Assembly: GCF_006345805.1 (NCBI RefSeq)
Contig: NC_043013.1
Span: forward strand, 14,198,001 to 14,262,000
Direction: 5' to 3'
Length of the DNA stretch: 64,000 nt
DNA from: Octopus sinensis
Taxonomy: Eukaryota
This document shows, piece after piece, positions 63,735-64,000 of this stretch. The stretch's first letter is position 1. The number at the start of each line of letters is the position of its first letter. The translations under genes and the position numbers were made by a program. The notes beneath the pieces were generated by a model that saw only the letters and a program-made list of their open reading frames with translations, was not told the DNA's origin and made no database searches.

Positions 63735-63828
63735 GCCTCGGTAGCGCAGTAGGCAGCGCGTCAGTCTCATAATCGCATACAAAAACCGAGGAATCTGAAG
63801 GTCGTGAGTTCGACCCTCACCCGGGGCA
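63735..63828 (+). tRNA. Elongator tRNA-Met (CAT) with a 21-nt intron (63772-63792)
   Basis: gcctcggtagcgcagtaggcagcgcgtcagtctCATa-[atcgcatacaaaaaccgagga]-atctgaaggtcgtgagttcgaccctcacccggggca; perfect acceptor stem. Confidence 0.92.
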
Positions 63829-64000
63829 CATTAATTTTGTTTCTTAAATTAAAATGTCAGTACCGTTTTTTTTAAAATTTTTATCATTCTGTTAAAGAAC
63901 GAAATTACCTAAAGTTGTTAACGTGGGTATCATATAAAAAGAGGATGAAATTATATGTAATTCGTCATTCATCGTTCATACTTAGTGTAATCATGTCTGC

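Overview
AT-rich, microsatellite- and SINE-dense animal genomic DNA. The repeat families suggest a cephalopod, most likely Octopus (inference from recalled SINE sequences). One complete protein-coding gene can be assembled by hand on the minus strand: mitochondrial 3-hydroxyisobutyrate dehydrogenase (HIBADH). It has 9 coding exons spanning 21159-48700 and encodes 324 aa. All introns are GT-AG, and the phases only close if a 17-nt microexon at 38353-38369 is included. The window also holds an intronless tRNA-Arg(UCU), two intact elongator tRNA-Met(CAU) genes with 21-nt introns, and three decayed paralogues of those Met genes in a locally duplicated unit. Mobile elements include a 4.25-kb fold-back Penelope-like element, Tc1/mariner relics, LINE fragments (RTE, CR1/L2, HERO-like, R4/Dong-like), Helitron-, Merlin- and piggyBac-type non-autonomous elements and many SINEs. 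The most notable hidden structure is a set of hammerhead-ribozyme motifs: minimal hammerheads whose 3:8 core pair co-varies (U:A, G:C, C:G), and a rearranged, non-circularly permuted hammerhead architecture in three different retroelement remnants, one as a direct-repeat pair 824 nt apart. Most listed ORFs are microsatellite or SINE artefacts. All alignments and folds were done by eye, and repeat boundaries are approximate.
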